A DNA stretch of 63,963 nt, counting the filler, from Atractiella rhizophila (Eukaryota), in assembly GCA_021432655.1 (NCBI GenBank). It is 4 parts of 4 records of this genome, joined end to end, with 100 filler letters (N's around TTAATTAATTAA, not from the genome) between each part and the next. Parts side by side here need not be neighbours in the genome. Positions count along the whole stretch, not along the records: positions 1 to 24,506 come from MU271789.1; 3 more parts are not named here. One strand, written 5' to 3'. Below, piece after piece: positions 11,797-24,606 of the stretch. The notes under the pieces were generated by a model. That model was not told where the DNA came from and ran no database searches. It saw only the letters and a program-made list of their open reading frames with translations. Each line of letters starts with the position of its first letter. The first letter of the stretch is position 1. The position numbers were made by a program, and so were the translations under genes.

Positions 11797-14700
11797 CTAG
11801 GCATTTTGCGTCTTGTTCGCAATCATCCAACGATCTCCGCCGCAAAAGCACCTCTTGGACCACTCCAGTCCCATCCACCGACTCGCGAAATTCTCTTCCA
11901 CAAATCCCTTACACCGTCGACACATGGATAGCGGAGCGTCACTCGAGAGAATTTTCGATTTGGTGAAGCAATCAACCTTGACCTTGTCTTTTTCGCCTAC
12001 TTTATTCTTTTCCGCTTGAGATGCGACGTAGAAGGGTGACTCCCACATGATGAATGTATTCGCCAGCTTGACCAGAGCTTCTTTCAAGGCGATTTTTGAC
12101 ACCGCGGGAGGGATGACAAGGGTTTGAAGTGCTTCGTTCTGCGCTTGAACCGTCTTCTCTCCGAAGACCGCTATCACACAGTCTATCAATGCATCGGTAT
12201 GGAAGAAACACAGAAGAACATACTCTTCCAAGCCTCATCGATTCGCGGTCCTAGGTGATTCTTCAGCTGATCGAGGATCGAAGGCAGGTGTAAGCCGATC
12301 GCGTGCGCATGATCGGCTAGTACATGTTTGGCGTAATCGCCCCCGTCAGTGTTGGAAGGCGAATTTGGGCGGTTGGTGAGGAAACCATCGAAGGATGCGA
12401 AGTGGGTGATCAGTTGCATGATGAGCGCTCGTGGGAGAGGATGAAACAGCAAAAAGTGATCTCCAGGCTTATCGTATTCTTTCCATCCCAATGAGCGCGC
12501 CGGGTGACTTGAAGGCGAAGAGAACGTACGAGCATACTTCACTTTCTCCTTTTGGTCTGCTCCTGTCCCCAGAAGCGTGTGGCTGAAGACGCGTCGCATG
12601 AGTTCCATGAACCACACTTGATGGCCGACTATTGGCCAAATGCAATCTTGTGATCAACAAACTCTCAGTCGACCACTCATCAAATTGGAGCACAACACGT
12701 CACCCACCTGGATGAAAAAGCTGGATCGGTTTGGCAGGCTCAGTCTTCTTATCCTTCTTCTGCTGCTCAACACCACCTCCTCGGAGAGGGATCATGTAAT
12801 ATTTGGTGATTGCAAGGTCAGTAAAGCAGAGGCTGAGGAGATCTAAACAGAGCTTGCTCCTCAGCGGAGCCTTGTGTCTTTTGAGCGAGAGCATCAAACA
12901 CACATTCGCAACTAAAGATGGAAGGGCAGCGTACTTGAACAATTCTGCCTGCACTCCCAACAGATGCATCACCAAAGGAGATCTCTCCAATATTCTTTGC
13001 CCCAACCGAACCTGGGCCTTCACGTACATGTACTTTATGACAGCGGTCACCGCCTCTGTCGAGAACTTGGAAAGCAGAAGGAGGAGCGGTGTCGCCGTTC
13101 TTCCCGACAGGATGGAATTGGCGAGGCTCTCGCCTATGACGCGGTATTGGATGCTTGGGTCGGCGGGGACGGATGGCACTGGTTGCAGGTCAATTTGACT
13201 CGAGAATAAAAGAAAAAGGGGTGGACGAACGAGAGAGGTCGAATAAGGTGTGGGCTTGGATTGTGGTCGTGGTGTCGAGGAATGCAAGTGTGAAATCAGG
13301 CGAGAAAATCAAGTCTTTGAGACCTTGGCACACGGAAACCGATATCAGTGGTATCTTCAAGACCCAACGAGGGACAACATACCTCCATCGACTTCTAAGC
13401 TCTTCTCACCAACTAGCTGCAATGTCTCCCTGGTTAATCACTCATCAGTCAAACGCTGTTGAAAGTTGAGAGGAAGACAGGGGCACGCACAGGTCGACGG
13501 TACACAGCTTCTCAGTTCCTCCTCCCCCATCCGTCCCCCCAACACTGGTGTCGAGGCCAAGGACGCAGGCCTTGCCCTCCCTGACCTCCATCCGTCTAGG
13601 GGAAATTCCCACGATCGTATTTTCCTTCGTGCACATAACCGTCTATTCATACCAGACACCGCAAGCACAAGCACATCACATCAGCGCATACTCGCCTGCA
13701 CACCCTAGAAAGGAAACTTCCTCACCCATTCGAGGGGCAGGTTCCAATCCTTCTTCTTCTCCGGAAACAAGGACTTGAAGCTCTTGCTCAGCGTCTTTAA
13801 GCTCCTTTCCACCTTCCACACCTTCATCTCTCCCTCCTCCCCCTCCCCTGCCCCCGAACCTGATCCGGAACCGTTCTCGAGGACGAGGAGTTCGTCGCTT
13901 CCCACCCATTCCATGGCCACCACCTTCGACGCGTCCAAGAGTCTCTTGACGGGCTGTATACGGAGAGTACCCTCGAGAACGAAGCAGAGGAGGATCTCGG
14001 TCCTCTCCTCTTCCTTCTCTCTATCGCCCAACAGTCTCTTCACATCCCCTGCTCCAAAACCTGTCCCTCCCCCTACACCCAACCCAGCCGCAGCCGTGGA
14101 AGTCAAGCTGTCCAACCCAGAGAGCAAGTTCACATCGTCCCCGTCGCCTCCGACTCCAACTCCGAGGTTGAGGTTGAGGTTAGAGGAGACGGAGCCCCCG
14201 AAACCTTTGTCGAGGTCGTCCATCGTCGTGTTCTCTAGACTGCTATCAAACATGAACGAATAGTCGTCGTCCGCTCCAATCCCAATCCCAGCGCCGATGC
14301 CCATTCCCATCCCCAGCTCCGCATCGTCTTCGTGGCCCACACCTTGTCCCTCCACCTGTTGCTGTTGTTGTTGATTCAAAGAAGAAGTGATGGAATTAAG
14401 CAACGCATTTGTAGTCTCCGCATCCCCAAACATTCCATTCACATTCATCCCCATATCCCCTTCACCTCCTCCCTCCCCCTCAGCTCCGACAACCGCGAGG
14501 GATGCGAGGTGTGCCTCTCCTCGTCCGTCGGGAGAGGTCGTTGTTGGAGGAGGGAGCAATGGAAGGGCACCGTCGACGGCCATGGCCATGGAGAGCGGGA
14601 GTGGCGTGGACTTTGCTTCTCCTTCTCCTATACCTGCATCTGTGTTCGTAGGCTGAGGGAGAGGGAGAGAAGGGAAAGGGATGGAAGGTGAGTGTGGACG

Positions 14701-15750
14701 ATGAACGGCGTGGTGAGCTATCAGGAACTTTATTGGTTTCTCTGTCCACCCAAACAAGCAATCAGACCTATCCAAATCAACAGCAAGAGAAAGAGACACG
14801 GACGTCCATCCACACTTGACACGGCCGAACAAGTCAACCTCCATTCTTCAGCGGAACCTTCGATGAGAGGGATCTGAGCGGTGAGGAGTTGAGGGTCCTG
14901 TTTGGGGAGGAGGTTTGGAGGAGGGAGGGCGATTAGGGCTATTTGGCCATTTGAGAAGATGGCGACTAGTTCCGGGTCCACGTTCCTTACCCAACCAAAC
15001 TCGTCAGCCTTCCATCTCCTTCAGAAACATAATGCCGAAAGTACGGACCTGGAGGATGCGCACGGAGAGCAGTTCAGCGGGTGAAGACAGAGGGAGGAGG
15101 ACGTCGTGCGCCGTCTTGAAGGGTATGGACGCCGTGTTCCAAGTCGTCGCTCCTGATGATTGTCGGGAGAGGTGGGGATGGAAGGACGTGAGAGGAGGAC
15201 GAAGGAGCTGTGGAGGAGTGGATTGAGGGAAGGGATTGAGAGAGGACGAGGAGGGAGGAGGAGAAGAAGGCGAGGTGGACTATCTTCCACCTGCTCTTCT
15301 CTTCCGTCCCCGTCCCTTCTCCAGACGTCCCTGCTGTAGCTGTTGTTGGGTCGGCGGGAAGCGGAGGGAGGTGGAGTCGTGTGGATGGAATGGTCGGCCT
15401 CCTTCTCCTTTCCCTTTCCCTTTCCCTTCGTCTTTGAAGCATCGACTGACGCAGAAACTTCTGTTTCAGCATCAAGAGAAGCAGACCGCTTCCGCTTCTT
15501 CCCTTTCCCCATTCCAACCTCACCTTCCTTACTCTCACCGTCTCCGCCTCTCTTTCTCTTTCTGAAACAACCTCTCCTTCCCAGCCAAATCATCCAACGG
15601 TGTGACTACTACATAGTCGGTGGCTGACTCCACAGAGTGAGGGTCGGAGGCGACAAAGGGGAAGTGTGCGGACGGGGAGGAGGTGCTGAATACGCGGGCG
15701 ATGAGGGAGGGAGAGCGTGAAGAGAGGGCGAGCGAGTGTGGGATGGACAT
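11797..15750 (-). CDS. MED16: Mediator subunit 16 (Sin4)-like; multi-exon, 5' part has frame problems
   Basis: C-terminal CRRC...WSKRCFCGGDRW Zn motif typical of Med16; WD-like N-terminal segments (WKIVHLAF, VAMEWVGSDELLV). Confidence 0.7.
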
Positions 15751-15925
15751 GGTTATCTACCCGTACAAGTATACTGCAGACTCATCCACCACCAATTGCA
15801 GCTTGCCTCATTCAGTTTCGTTGGTTGTTGCCTCCATTCCACTCCTGCCCGTGAGTCATCAACATCGACACAGAGAATCAGAACCAGAACAGCAGAAGAA
15901 GAGACAGGAGAAGGCAGGGAACAAG

Positions 15926-16915
15926 ATGGCCTCCTTACGCACGCTCATGAAGAGCAAGACGCTCTCCTCGCGCCTCACCCATCCCTACGCGCGCTACTCG
16001 CACTCGAACGCGCTCTCCTGTTCCCTCTGCGGCACGCCCATCAAGGGCGGAGACCAGCTGTGGGGGGCGCATCTGCAGAGCAAGGGGCATCGGGTCGCTG
16101 TTGCTAAGAAGGAGAAGGAGAGGGAGAGGGAGGAGGAGCGGAAGAGGAGGGAGGAGGTGGAGAGTGTGGATGTGGATGCTAATGAGGGAAGGAAGGGAGG
16201 AAAGAGAAGGTTGGAGGAGGTGGATGGTGATGTAGACGTCAGTATGGATGAGGAAGTTGTGGTGAATGGGAGAGAAGCGAAGAAAGCAAGAGTGGAAGGA
16301 GACCTCCCGTCAGACTTCTTCGATGCGCCACCTCAGAATCCGCAAGAGAAAGCGACAGGGAAAGGGTCTGCCGCTCTCCCTCCTCCACAGAATGCGAACG
16401 CAGAAGAAGAAGACCCCGAATGGGCAGCCTTCGAAGCTTCCGTCCTCGGGCCCTCATCCTCCTCTCTCAACCTCAACCTCAACCGCTCGCACACCTTCAA
16501 CCCGACCACCACCAACACGAACGACGCCAACAACGTCAACAACTCAGGGTCCGCTATTGTATATTCCTCCACTTCAACGATCAGCGGCAACGCGGTCATG
16601 TACGGCGACTCTTCGCATGCAGAGGGGGGTGGGATGGAGGGTATTGTTGAAGTGGAAGAGGAGGAGGAGGAGCCGATTGAGAGTGAGGAGCAGAGGGCGG
16701 AGCGGATGGCGAGGGAGGAGAGGGAAGAAATGGTGGAGCGGATGTTGGAGGAGGAAAGGGAGCAATTGGAGGGAGATAAGAGGGTGGAGAGGGTGAAGAA
16801 GTTGGTTGAACTTAGGAGGAAGGAGAGATTGGGAAAGAAGAAGAAAGGTACGTCTGGTTTCTTTCTTTACTCTTTGCTGTATGCCTCTGGCTCTTTGCTA
16901 TTTTCCCCTTGGTAG
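15926..16915 (+). CDS. ZNF830/CCDC16-like C2H2 zinc finger coiled-coil protein (3' end approximate)
   Basis: RLTHPYARY...LSCSLCGTPIK...LWGAHLQSKGH, LPSDFFD, DPEWAAFE, then a C-terminal coiled coil. Confidence 0.8.
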   Translation: MASLRTLMKSKTLSSRLTHPYARYSHSNALSCSLCGTPIKGGDQLWGAHLQSKGHRVAVAKKEKEREREEERKRREEVESVDVDANEGRKGGKRRLEEVDGDVDVSMDEEVVVNGREAKKARVEGDLPSDFFDAPPQNPQEKATGKGSAALPPPQNANAEEEDPEWAAFEASVLGPSSSSLNLNLNRSHTFNPTTTNTNDANNVNNSGSAIVYSSTSTISGNAVMYGDSSHAEGGGMEGIVEVEEEEEEPIESEEQRAERMAREEREEMVERMLEEEREQLEGDKRVERVKKLVELRRKERLGKKKKGTSGFFLYSLLYASGSLLFSPW

Positions 16916-16937
16916 GATGGACTGAATGCTCATTTCA

Positions 16938-17838
16938 TTTATTCTTTTTGGTGGGAACAGCTCCATGACCTCCCTCCGATTTCGAGCTCTGGTTCTGGTT
17001 CGGACGCGACCGCTTCCGTGGTTTCTTCGCCGGAACACCTGATGGAGGTTGATACCTTCCACATCGCAAAATGTAACAACATCAGTTGCCGTACCCATTT
17101 GAATGGAATGGAATGATATATCGGAGCACGGGATGAGGGACATACGTAATCAATGGCTTCCCTTCCAGCTCTTCCATACGCTCTGTACACAGGTAGATCC
17201 TCATGAATGGCTCATGATGCAATTTCGCCCTACGTGCTATATATCAAGAAGAGAAGGAAAAAATAGTTGGGAAAGACGAACCGCTTCCCTCTCGCCATAA
17301 AGTCCATCACCACCTCGTCGTCATTCTTTGGTGCTAAAGAACATCCAATCTCATTATACTGCTCCAACTCTCCCTTCCACATCCTCTTCCTCCCCTCCCC
17401 CTCCATCTTTGCCTCTCCTTCCGTAGCGGGCGGATCGAAATCCACCTCTCCTTCTCCCCCCTCCTCATCATCCACCTCCATCCCAGCAGCTCCTTCCTCG
17501 TTATCATCACTCTTCGCGTTTTTCGCCTTTGAGTGGGAAGCGGAGGAGGCAGAGGAAGAGGGCACGGCGGCCACTTGCCTCCTCCACTCCCGCTTCACGA
17601 GCTCGCAGCACGAGATGAGCTTGGGGACGGCCTCCGCGGCCGTGCGTTTACGCTTCTTTGAGCCTTTCTCCTCTTTCTCGGCTTCCTCCTCCTCTTCTCC
17701 TTCTCTTTCTTTAGAAGCCGCAGCATCGGTTTCTGTTTCTTCGAGTTCCGTAGTTCCAGCTGCCGCTGCAGCTATCGTGGTAGCAGGTGGGGGAGAGGAG
17801 GACGGCTCGGATGTGAGCACGATACAGGTTGCACCGTT
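16938..17838 (-). CDS. Alba/Rpp20-like RNase P/MRP subunit, 5' exon not found
   Basis: AVPKLISCCELVKREW, LEQYNEIG, HEPFMRIYLCT, YQPP; begins at an intron acceptor (ttgtcacag) next to decayed repeat DNA. Confidence 0.55.
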
Positions 17839-17869
17839 CTGTGACAATACAATATAAGAAGCTGTTTGA

Positions 17870-18805
17870 GGTCCTATAGGAGAAGAAAGGAAGGTACTAT
17901 TTATAGGAGGCCGAAGGTCTTGACACTGTAGGGCTTACAACTAGGAGTAAGGGAAGGCAGGAGGTCTATAGGTGAAAACAGTACGTTCGCAGTGCGTTTG
18001 ACCACCAGGTGAGGTTGTCGCCTTCCAGTCTCAACCTTAGCCTTCGACCTACGTCCGTGGTTTTCTACTGCTTTCAACCCCTCACAATTTTTGATATTAT
18101 GCAGCATCCCTAGCTCTCCTTTACTGGAAACCCAACGCTTGCTCTCAAAATATAAGTATAACAAAGAATTTATGTGCTATTTAAGATCTTTTCTCATCTT
18201 ACAATCGGTTGACGACAATCCTCAGTTAACGAAGTTGTCACGTTCAACTTTTCATTGTTGCTACTGTTTTACGGTGGACTATTAAGGTTACTGAATCTAA
18301 CTGGGTTATCAGGTGTCTTGTTTGAACCTACTTAGGGACTTAGCTCATTTAGACTAATTTCAAGTTATTTGCATTGCAAGTAACAATAAGGTCGGTCGCC
18401 GGCTTGGATTAAAGTGAGTCGTAAGTCGTAGTTCCTAACTCTTTTCGTCTAAAAGTTCAAAAGAACAACGACAGCGATCTGTTGCCTCCTGATTTGTTCT
18501 CTCCTGATTTGTTCTCTACTGGAGCTTGAGCTGTATAGTGTATAGGAGATGCTATGGGAGATAGAACTGTCTGTGGGGGAGGGTTGGGAGTGGTGAGGGA
18601 TGGAGAGTTGGAGTTGAAGTGGGAGGTGGCTGAAGGCGAAGTCGCAGTTGAAGTTTCTTCCTGTTCCTCCTACCCTCTCACCTACGCCTTTCCCTACCCA
18701 TACCTCGCTTAAGTGCTCCGACCGGGCACCACTCTTAGCCCTTCTTACCGTTCTACGTCCCTGTAGTTCCGCAGCAACTGGGTAAATGAGCAGTCACTTG
18801 TAGAT
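17870..18805. mobile_element. Degenerate AT/TpA-rich repeat remnant
   Basis: No credible ORF, dense TA/TAG/TAA, a 15-bp tandem duplication at ~18487-18518; ends at a single N (18806). Confidence 0.5.
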
Positions 18806-19257
18806 NAGGGAATGAGGATCAACATTCGGGATGTCACAGTTCTGGAAGCCGGAGGATATTTATCATGTTGGATGAAACGCCCCGTGATGGAGCAATCATC
18901 ACTACCATTCGCGCCTCCTTGAGTACATTTAGGCTCCTCTCCTCAACTTTATTCTCTTTCCATTCAAACGCAAAGGTCTACATGGACCGTCACTCCAGTC
19001 CAAACTATCAATCAGTTCCGGGATAGGTATTCCACATAATAGTAGCTAGAACGTTAGAATCATTCCACTATTCCGCCATATCTTGAGTAGAAGAACCTCT
19101 AATGCTCTTGGATCTTTCAGAGGCGTGAATGTGTAAAGGAGTGTTTTGGCCCTGGTTGACAGCCGAAAGCGCAGGTTGACGCGCGTGGGTGCATTCAAGC
19201 TTTCAATCGGGAAGGGTAAGCACTGCTGCTTCCAGCTCGAAAGTCACGATCACGACC

Positions 19258-20438
19258 ATGCTCCTATCAGATGTCTTCACTTTTCCATCCTCGTCGACAG
19301 CCCAGACTCTACTCGTCACTTCCACTAGCCAGCTTCCATCGACATTCCTCTTCCCCTCGCTCCTTTCCGGCCATTCCCCAGTGCCTGCCAACAGCGACGC
19401 CAATACTGAACCATCCAAAATCAATCTCGCCGTTAGGACCAACATAGCTGATCCAGACGCCAATTCTGCAAAAACAAAAGGAAGAAGCAGTGCGCTTATC
19501 CACTTCCGCCTCCCTCAGTCGCACTACACTTCCATCCTCCAACGACACGGACTCCGTAACTCCCAACAAACCATCTTCATAGACGGCCAAGCGATACTCG
19601 GCAAATACAGCTGGACAGAACTGGAAGATGTCAAGAAGGTGCTGGCTGAACTGGAAGAAACGGTTTTGAAGGAGCTCGACGGGTTGGAGGAAGGTGCAAA
19701 GGTCGTCTGGGATGACATCTCCTCTTTGGTTTGGTCTTTGGGATCGGGATCTGTACTGTTTTCCGCCAATGACCACGAGGGAATGGAAGACTTGGATGTG
19801 GTTCGATTCTTTCGCTCACTGTCCCAAACGCTGCACCAGGTTCTTTTCTTTCTTTCTAGCTAGCTTCTTCATCCAGGCTGAATTTTATGTTGGATAAAGC
19901 GAAACATCTCCATCATTCTCTGCCTCGATTCCCCATCTGCCTCTTTCGAAACCAAAAGCGAAAGGGAAGACCGGAAGATCTTCGAGTGCCTCAAGATGTT
20001 CTCACACTGGTGGCTGGACATCAAGTCCCTTCAAAACTCGCAAGCGAAAGCAGAGGTTCGTCTCCACAGTTAGTGGCTTACAAAACAAAAACTGAAACGA
20101 AAATTGAAAAAATCTAGTTATCCATCCGCGCAGGCTTCCTCTTCCCGCCAGAGAAAGAAAAGGAGATCCGCCAGTTCTTCGGGTCGAAGGCCCTTTTGGT
20201 CGAAGTGAGAGAGAGCGGAATGAGGATCGAGTATAAAGGTGGAAAGGACTATCTCTGATCCTTAGATCCGTCATCCACGATCTCGGGCGAACTTCATTAT
20301 CGCCAGAATATCTCGTTTGTGATCGTGAGCACCATCAATTTTACTTTCGTTCCCTTGGTTCTAACGGCAGTTCTCTTAAATAGACCTCATGCAATGCTTC
20401 GAGAAACAGAACACAACTTGTTACGCAGTCGAATCTAA
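19258..20438 (+). CDS. ELP6: Elongator subunit 6-like protein (3' end approximate)
   Basis: TLLVTSTSQLPSTFL, SHYTSILQRHGL, VVWDDISSLVW, FSHWWLDIKSL: RecA-like Elp6 pattern. Confidence 0.6.
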
Positions 20439-20581
20439 ACGATTCGTCATTCGGAATGATGTGGTTCAATCGTTCAGCTCAATCAAGTGCAAATGGCAAA
20501 TTGCATCACAGTCTGATGAAAAGAATTTTTGCATAAAGCATACGCATATCGTACCATAACCATGACATTGAGTCGAAAAAA

Positions 20582-21160
20582 TCACTCGTCCCTCTGTCTC
20601 CTCGCGCCAGGCGGTCCGTCCCTCCTTCCGAACCGTTCCCTTGGTGCAGCAGTGGCAGTTTGTTCGACGGTGACAGTAAGAGAATCGAAGCCAAGTTTCG
20701 TGAGGAGGGCCTATTGTACACAAAAACACCTTCAGCGACTCTCCCAAAACTATCAAGGCAAGCGAAAGCGCACCTTGGTGTCCTGGTCGACGGTGAGACC
20801 ACCCATTTGTCCAACGTCCAGAGCAGAGATCTCGGGCACGTATTGATCCTTCCTCTCCCTCTCCTCCTCCTGCAGCTTGAAAGAGATTCCCCTGACCGGT
20901 CCGCGCTGGATTCGCTTCATCAAGTGGGTGGTGAAGCCGGCGATCTTGTTCCTCAGACGCTTCGACGGGATGAGAGCGACTTCATCAGCGATACGCTTGT
21001 TGGTGTGGAAGTCGAGCGTGAGACGTGGGTAGTATTTCTCAATGATCACTCGAGAAGCTCGCTTGACGGTCTTCGTGCGCACTCGTCCCTATCATTTCGT
21101 TTCCACACAGAATGAACATTTCCTTCCCAATTGCAATAAGAACAAAGAAACGCTTACCAT
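20582..21160 (-). CDS. RPS17: 40S ribosomal protein S17 (eS17)
   Basis: [33 protein letters not shown]...[24 protein letters not shown]-only first exon, two introns. Confidence 0.98.
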
Positions 21161-21477
21161 TTTGAATGTTTAGTGGTGAAAGAGAAAGACCTGACCTGTG
21201 AATCCTCCTTTGAGTTGGACCTGGTTGATGGTGAGTGCGTTTTTGGCAGGCAAATAGTGGCTTTCTGTTTTTCTGCGCAGCACCGTCGATCTTTCTGCAC
21301 GAAGAACGACCTGACCACACGGCACGGTAAGGCGAGACAAGGAGGAGCAAACGGTCCAGGTACGCTGGTGGCACTGCTTGCGCGATTCTCGCCTTGTTCA
21401 ACCACCTTTCTTGTTTGTTAGACCCGAAAGACAGCTTTGAAAGTTTTTGTTTGGAGATTTAGGTCAAATCATACATC

Positions 21478-22192
21478 ATGGTATGTCCTTTCATCCTTTC
21501 CCCCTATGTGGTAGTCTCTGTACAGCTTGTGGGCGGCGTGGAGGCGAAATCTGTGCGAGATAGATAATGCACCAGCTTCCTTCAACTCGCTTGCTCAGCT
21601 GATAACAAGAATGCACCACGACAATCTGTGAAGAACTTGAAGGCTGATTCACTGCTTCTTCTTCTAGCGTGTCTCAGTACTTGCCGACTGTCTCAACAAC
21701 ATTGTGAATGCCGAGAGGAAGGGGAAGCGACAAGTGCTCATCCGACCCTCGAGCAAGGTTATCGTCCGCTTTTTGACCGTGATGCAGAAGCACGGTACGT
21801 CTTTTCCTCGCTTCCTCTTCGCCATCTTTCCATAGCTGCGAGACTGACTTGTTGCTCCGTATTAGGATACATTAACGAATTTGAGGAGATCGACGACCAC
21901 CGATCCGGCAAAATCGTTATTCAGCTCAATGGACGCATCAACAAGTGCGGTGTCATCTCCCCTCGATTCAACGTCCAGCTCAACCAGATCGAGAACTGGG
22001 TCAACCACCTCCTCCCCTCCCGTTCTTTCGGATACATTATCCTCGTAAGTCTCGCTTTCTCCCCTATGCTTTGGAAAGGCAAAATAATGACTGACATTTC
22101 GCTTGTTGTAGACCACGTCCAGCGGAATCATGGACCACGAAGAAGCCAGGCGGAAACACGTTGCTGGTAAAATTCTGGGATTCGTCTACTAA
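21478..22192 (+). CDS. RPS22: 40S ribosomal protein S22 (uS8/S15a)
   Basis: [32 protein letters not shown]...[35 protein letters not shown]...GKILGFVY*. Confidence 0.98.
21514..21626 (+). ncRNA. Candidate intronic H/ACA snoRNA in RPS22 intron 1
   Basis: Hairpin (GTCTC...GAGAT), box H AGATAA (21562-21567), second hairpin (TGCA/CAGCT...AGCTG/TGCA), ACA (21621-21623), all inside a 187-nt intron. Confidence 0.55.
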
Positions 22193-22484
22193 TCGATTGC
22201 CTGTTATCACATGCCTCTCCTTCGATGTTTACCAAAAGCTATGGCAATTCCATGATCAATACCTTAAACCCATGACTTTTGGACCTACGTCCACTCCCTC
22301 GTTACTGCTAGTTCAATGCGGGTACGTCTTGTACCAGTGCAAGGCTGAATGCGTGCTCCAACGTTGTTCTGTGTGACTTCAGTCTGAACTCCGTCGGGAA
22401 GAGAGAGGGATAGAACTAGAGCACAACGTGATTTGAAAACTCAACTTCTTCATTTCTGTTCATTGAGCAAGTCATTCATTACTA

Positions 22485-23190
22485 TTGTATGTAGTCACGG
22501 ATCTCCATCCTGAACTGCGTGCACTCAGCACAGTGGGATCTTTCAACGACTCCCTGAGTTCCAGATGTACCACCTTCCATCCCACCAAATTGACTACGCT
22601 CTTGTACTTCCCGTTCCACGGATCCACCTACTTCACTCTGTGTCCTCTCTTCGCCAGCCTCCTCCCTGACACTGCGCTGACAGTGACAACAGCGGGGTGG
22701 CCAGCGCACCTTGGCAATCCTCCCCGACCTCTCCGGTACTTAACTTGGGATCACAGCGGACGAGGCACATGGCGAGCTCCGCAGAAAGTGAATTATTACC
22801 AGAGCGTTTTCCGATTCAGCGGGACGGCTTTATCTGGCTCGATCTTCAATTTTCCATGCGGCAGTTGCCCACTTTTCGAGCCTAATCTCGACTTCTACAA
22901 TTCGACCGAGCTCGCGCCAGAGGTCACGCTCTGTCTCACGTTTGTTTTTAAGGACTGGAACGCTCCTCCTCTTTTCTCTTTGCCCTCTTGCGCACTCTCT
23001 CGCCCTTGACAAGGACTCCTTCCACTTCCCTTTCCTTGCGCCAACGTCCACCTGCAGTCTCATAGCTCGTGGCGCCCGGCTTCCGACTACCTGGGTATCC
23101 GCAACATCTGTACATATATCTCGTCCAGTTCCTCGAACGGCTTAGTCACATGCAGTCTCTGGTCCATCTGTCTCTCGTGGAGACAGCGAA
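22485..23190 (+). pseudogene. Fragmentary hypothetical (LRR/F-box-like) coding remnant
   Basis: Overlapping short ORFs with Leu-spaced motifs (LRYLTW, LERLSHMQSLVHLSL) and no clear ATG start. Confidence 0.25.
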
Positions 23191-23212
23191 CGATTCTTTC
23201 TTCGGTAGAAAC

Positions 23213-24506
23213 ATGGATTACGAGTTTTCATCACAGTCGCTCATGGAGCGGCAAGCTCTTCCCAATCCATTCACTGCTCTTCGTGAAGAGCTCCGGCTCG
23301 CTGTTCTCCTCGAACCGAACACCCCCACTCTTAGACGACTCTTTCTAGCGACATTAATCCTTATTCCACTGTACGTGTGTTTGATGTTTTCAAGCCTCCG
23401 ACATCAGGATATCAGGATGGACAAAGCTGATAAATTGATTGCATAGTGGAATTTTCATTTGGATGCTTGGGCTCGTTATTCGGTGGTGGAAAGATGTAGA
23501 TTGGTATTGGAAGTGGGAAGCTGGTTCGTCGTCCTCTTTCAAAGATTTGTGAGACAGCTAACATGGGAGGTGCGAGCAGGCAAGTTTTTTCGACTCAACG
23601 TGTACCTCTTCATTCCAGTCGGATGCTCTATTTTCTCTGCTTTTTTCTGGGTCCTCGTACTTGGCTATTACAAGATCGATGGGGTCTCACGGGCAGATTA
23701 CTTTCCATATTTCGACACTTTTCATGGGTGCATACACTCCTTCCTGTTATTGACTCAGACTGACAAAACGACAGATTGGTCAACTTCCCAATCCTCATCA
23801 CGGGTATCCTTGGTACGTCCTTCTCTACTGTCCTCCACTGTGGTCACTCAATCTCTCGCAGCGGCACATAATGCCCTCCTCTCCGCTCCTGCAGCCTATT
23901 ATGCGACGCAAGCGAACGCAGCGTCCACAAATGTGGCGCAGCCCAAGCGTGCTCAAAGTCGATTCCCATACAACATCAACGCTCAGCTCTTCCAATGGAC
24001 GCTCGTGACTACCGTCTCGATCGGACTCGTGCCCCTCTTCGTCATCTCGGTTTTCTTTGGGATCTGGAGAGAACGCCTGCTTGACACTTATGTTCAACTT
24101 GATGACTTGCTCGCAATCGCTGAGTCGGGTGGATTGTTTGACTTGAGAGATTTGGCTGCTTTGGAGACCGAATTGAAATTTCAAGGCAACAAGACCCTGC
24201 GGTATGGTCAGGCAATATCAATCATTCATACGGTATGCTTCTCCCCTTAACTCAATCCAAACTGTTTCTACATGAAGAAGGGTACTAACTGAAGCCTGTC
24301 TTGTGACCAACAGATCTATTGCTCGCTCCTCCTCGTACCATACCTGATTTCCATAACGCGTCTGTTCAACATCCTACGCTTCCAATGGAAGCACCTCCAG
24401 ATGGCTCTTCAACGTCTCGAGCAACTAGACGATAATCAACGAAAGACTGCCGGCATAGTTCCCATCCCTCTCCAAGCACCGAAAATGTCCTTCAACTCCT
24501 CTTCCG
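23213..24506 (+). CDS. Hypothetical multi-pass membrane protein (3' end in gap)
   Basis: Several hydrophobic segments (LFLATLILIPL, VYLFIPVGCSIFSAFFWVLVLGY, TLVTTVSIGLVPLFVISVFFGIW) separated by GT-AG introns. Confidence 0.65.
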
Positions 24507-24606
24507 NNNNNNNNNNNNNNNNNNNNNNNNNNNNNNNNNNNNNNNNNNNNTTAATTAATTAANNNNNNNNNNNNNNNNNNNNNNNNNNNNNNNNNNNNNN
24601 NNNNNN
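24507..24606. other. Contig join with artificial TTAATTAATTAA linker
   Basis: N run flanking a six-frame stop linker. Confidence 0.97.

Noticed and set aside
24551..24562. TTAATTAATTAA palindrome inside N runs (also ~49083 and ~61566)
   Set aside because: Artificial six-frame stop linker used to concatenate contigs; not biological.
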